Of a stretch of 32,000 bases of DNA, positions 29,482-32,000 are shown piece by piece. Under the pieces are notes generated by a model. The model was not told the DNA's origin. It was given only the letters and a program-made list of their open reading frames with translations, and made no database searches. The DNA comes from Trichodesmium erythraeum IMS101 (GTDB lineage Bacteria; Cyanobacteriota; Cyanobacteriia; Cyanobacteriales; Microcoleaceae): contig NC_008312.1 of assembly GCF_000014265.1 (NCBI RefSeq), forward strand, positions 1,590,001 to 1,622,000. Direction: 5' to 3'. How positions within the stretch are numbered: the stretch's first letter is position 1; each line of letters opens with the position of its first letter. Made by a program: the position numbers and the translations under genes.

Positions 29482-31193
29482 ACTCTTTTACGATTACTAC
29501 CTCCAGTTTTCCAAGCACTTCCGTTAGTAGGTGCTCCATAATAATTATGGTGCCAAGCATCTAAACACCATTCCGAAACATTGCCGTGCATATCATATAA
29601 ACCAAAGGCATTAGGAAGAAAACTTCCCACATCTGTTGTTTGTTCCCGATACTCTCCAAATGGAGCATTGCCGTAAGGATAGTTACCATCGTAGTTAACT
29701 AACTCAGACGTCATAGTTTCTCCAAAATAAAAAGGAGTACTTGTCCCGGCACGACAAGCATATTCCCATTGACTTTCGCTGGGCAACCTGTAAATTTTCC
29801 CAGTTTTCGACGATAGCTTCTCACAAAACTTTGTAGCGTCGTGCCAGCTCACTCTTTCTACTGGGCGTTTTCCTCCTTTAAAGTAAGAAGGATTATCTCC
29901 CATAATAGCTTGGTACTGATCTTGAGTAATAGGATATTTGCTCATCAAGAAAGGCTTAATATTAACTTGATGTTGTGGACTTTCACTATCGAATCTTTCG
30001 TCCTCATATTCCGGTGACCCCATGAGAAAACTTCCCCCAGGAATATAAACCATTTCCAAGACCAACCCACTATCTAAATTTTCTGCCAAAAATTCTGCTT
30101 CGTAGGAACGACGGTCAATTTCTTTACCCCGGGAATTAACCTTTATTACCTCAAAACCAAATTTTTGTCGGGGCGGAGAACTTATATCTTTCTTTCTGTT
30201 TTTAAATTCCTTTGTTTTCCATCCTGACTCCTGAGTCCTTTCAGTTGATTTTTTGTGAAAATTCATTTCCCACCACTCCTCAATATTTCCAGGGCGACCT
30301 TCCTTTGCCAAAACTAAAGCCGACATTAGCAACTTTTGCCAAGACGACTCTAAGCCTTCAGGTTCCCAACTTTTTTCTTTTGATAATGAACGTTCCAGAA
30401 CATTGGGAGGTAACTGCCCACTCAACATTTCATAAACCATCATTCCTACTTCAAAAATATCACTTTCTACCCCTACCTCCCCCCTGGCGAGAACCTCCGG
30501 AGCCGCATAACTCTCAGCAAAACTCTCAGTGCTGGAAGTACCCATCGAAGTACCAAAAGTTTGTTTTGCCGAGCCAAAGTCAGTCAATACTAACCGTCCT
30601 TCTGGAGTTAGTAAAATATTATCGGGTTTTATATCCAGGTGAAATATTCCTTGTTGATGTACTGCCGATAATGCTGATACAAGGTCAGTAATTATTTCTT
30701 TGACTTTTTGAGGGGGAAATTTTTTCTCAGGTTGAGAATCTAATTCTTTTCTGAGACTTTTTCCTCTAACTAGCTCCATCACCAGGTAAGCTGTTTCATT
30801 TTCCTCAAATAAATCAATTACCCGCACCACATGAGGATGATTTAGTTGGGCTAATATTTTCCCTTCCTGGAGAAACCTTCGCAAACCCTGTTGAAATATT
30901 TCCTGTTGGTTTCTGGGAATGGTGAAACCTCCAGTGGTGGGATGTCGCAGGGCGTAATTTTGGGGATAGTATTCTTTAATAGCGACTATTTGTTTTAATA
31001 ATGTATGGTGTCCTCGATAAGTAACACCAAACCCTCCTCGACCTAAGGGGTAGTCTATTTGATAGGGCTTGTCTCCTAGTTGAGTACCTGGTGTTAGGAG
31101 GCCTCGGATTAGTGATGGTAGGTATGCGCCACAGTTATAACATATTTTTGTCTCAAGTGGAATACCGTCGGTATGGCAGTTTAAGCAACGCAT
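29340..31193 (-). CDS. DGR-type target 2: zinc-ribbon / Ser/Thr kinase / FGE-sulfatase (CLec-fold) protein, intact
   Basis: 617 aa. Zinc ribbon CLNCH...CYNCG. Kinase motifs GRGGFGVTY, HLDIKPDNILL, DFGSA and AAPE. FGE-sulfatase motifs RVSWHDATKFC, RLPSESQWEYACRAGT, GLYDMHGNVSEWC and LRGGCW. VR2 lies at the extreme C-terminus. Confidence 0.9.
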   Translation of the reverse strand: MRCLNCHTDGIPLETKICYNCGAYLPSLIRGLLTPGTQLGDKPYQIDYPLGRGGFGVTYRGHHTLLKQIVAIKEYYPQNYALRHPTTGGFTIPRNQQEIFQQGLRRFLQEGKILAQLNHPHVVRVIDLFEENETAYLVMELVRGKSLRKELDSQPEKKFPPQKVKEIITDLVSALSAVHQQGIFHLDIKPDNILLTPEGRLVLTDFGSAKQTFGTSMGTSSTESFAESYAAPEVLARGEVGVESDIFEVGMMVYEMLSGQLPPNVLERSLSKEKSWEPEGLESSWQKLLMSALVLAKEGRPGNIEEWWEMNFHKKSTERTQESGWKTKEFKNRKKDISSPPRQKFGFEVIKVNSRGKEIDRRSYEAEFLAENLDSGLVLEMVYIPGGSFLMGSPEYEDERFDSESPQHQVNIKPFLMSKYPITQDQYQAIMGDNPSYFKGGKRPVERVSWHDATKFCEKLSSKTGKIYRLPSESQWEYACRAGTSTPFYFGETMTSELVNYDGNYPYGNAPFGEYREQTTDVGSFLPNAFGLYDMHGNVSEWCLDAWHHNYYGAPTNGSAWKTGGSNRKRVLRGGCWDSYSTNCRSAWRFYYNADDLYYYRGFRVVSSSPVVSAFNS

Positions 31194-31284
31194 GATTTTA
31201 AGAGGTCAAAAATTAGATAAGAGTTTCAAAGCTTTCCGTAATTATAGTGTGGAGAATTTCCTGAAAAAGAAGGAAAAATGAGCA

Positions 31285-31313
31285 TAGCATCTTCAAAATA
31301 ACTATGATATAAT
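31285..31313 (+). promoter_or_regulatory. Array C unit 1 promoter
   Basis: TAGCAT (31285-31290), a 17-nt spacer, then TGaTATAAT (-10 at 31308-31313). Confidence 0.5.
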
Positions 31314-31530
31314 TTATGTATAGTTATAAATGTGGCACTATACTAGACTTTTTATTCAATGTAAAAAAAGCGATCGCTACAACACAACAATATATAAAAG
31401 GAAATTTAAGACATTCGAATGTTAGACAGTAAAAGATGTCAGAGAGCTTAAAAAAAAAATAACAACTAAATCATTATTACTTGCATTTTTTTTCATTCTG
31501 TGAAGCTCCAAAAAAAAGGAACAACGAGGG

Positions 31531-31559
31531 TAGCATCTTCAAAATAACTATGGTATAAT
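31531..31559 (+). promoter_or_regulatory. Array C unit 2 promoter
   Basis: TAGCAT (31531-31536), a 17-nt spacer, then TGgTATAAT (-10 at 31554-31559). Confidence 0.5.
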
Positions 31560-31779
31560 AAATAATGGGTATTCAATGCATATACTAGACTTTTTATTCA
31601 ACGTAAAAAAAGCGATCGCTACAACACAACAATATATAAAAGGAAATTTAAGACATTCGAATGTTAGACAGTAAAAGATGTCAGAGAGCTTAAAAAAAAA
31701 ATAACAACTAAATCATTATTACTTGCATTTTTTTTCATTCTGGGAAGCTCAAAAAAAAAGGAACGAGAAACAACGACGG

Positions 31780-31808
31780 TAGCATCTTCAAAATAACTAT
31801 GGTATAAT
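31780..31808 (+). promoter_or_regulatory. Array C unit 3 promoter
   Basis: TAGCAT (31780-31785), a 17-nt spacer, then TGgTATAAT (-10 at 31803-31808). Confidence 0.5.
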
Positions 31809-32000
31809 AAATAATGAGGATTAAATCCATATACTAGACTTTTTATTCAACGTAAAAAAAGCGATCGCCACAACACAACAATATATAAAAGGAAATTTAA
31901 GACATTCGAATGTTGGATAGTAAAAGATGTCAGAGAGCTAAAAAAAAAATAACAACTAAATCATTATTACTTGCATTTTTTTTTCATTCTGTGAAGCTCC

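Larger units (their letters stand above)
31255..32000 (+). repeat. Tandem array C: at least 3 units of about 250 bp, each a promoter module plus about 200 nt; runs off the window
   Basis: The box ACTAGACTTTTTATTCAA(C/T) sits at 31342, 31584 and 31833. Each unit also contains a HIP1 site and the 12-nt palindrome ACATTCGAATGT. Confidence 0.85.

Overview
AT-rich DNA with recurrent HIP1 octamers (GCGATCGC at 33-40, 1121-1128, 14047-14054 and elsewhere). This looks cyanobacterial and reminiscent of Trichodesmium-like filamentous genomes, but that is inference only. Positions 1-13.7 kb are ordinary chromosome. They hold a partial hydantoinase/oxoprolinase, an AzgA-type purine permease, a small hypothetical gene, an Fe-ADH/GldA-like dehydrogenase, a class-I aminotransferase and a HupE/UreJ + CobW cobalt pair. 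An IS graveyard interrupts this region at 7.7-10.0 kb (an IS701-like element nested inside an IS5-like remnant, plus an ISAs1-like fragment). Positions 13.8-32 kb are a repeat-saturated accessory island with four parts. (1) A minus-strand PP2C / FHA-Ser/Thr-kinase / zinc-ribbon-vWA signalling operon at 14.3-18.4 kb. (2) A diversity-generating retroelement (DGR): a zinc-ribbon-kinase-FGE/CLec target carrying VR1 (22844-24713), an Avd-like gene, a reverse transcriptase and a template repeat (about 26600-26752). A second, intact paralogous target on the opposite strand (29340-31193) carries VR2. (3) Four tandem-repeat families and a promoter-bearing module present about 8 times. (4) About 0.89 kb near-identical inverted repeats, which duplicate the PP2C promoter, leader and first 49 codons, bracket the whole DGR cassette. 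Most accessory genes carry nonsense or frameshift lesions (PP2C, vWA, target 1, Avd, RT), while every housekeeping gene reads through cleanly. All coordinates, alignments and counts were done by eye from the sequence; no database search was possible.
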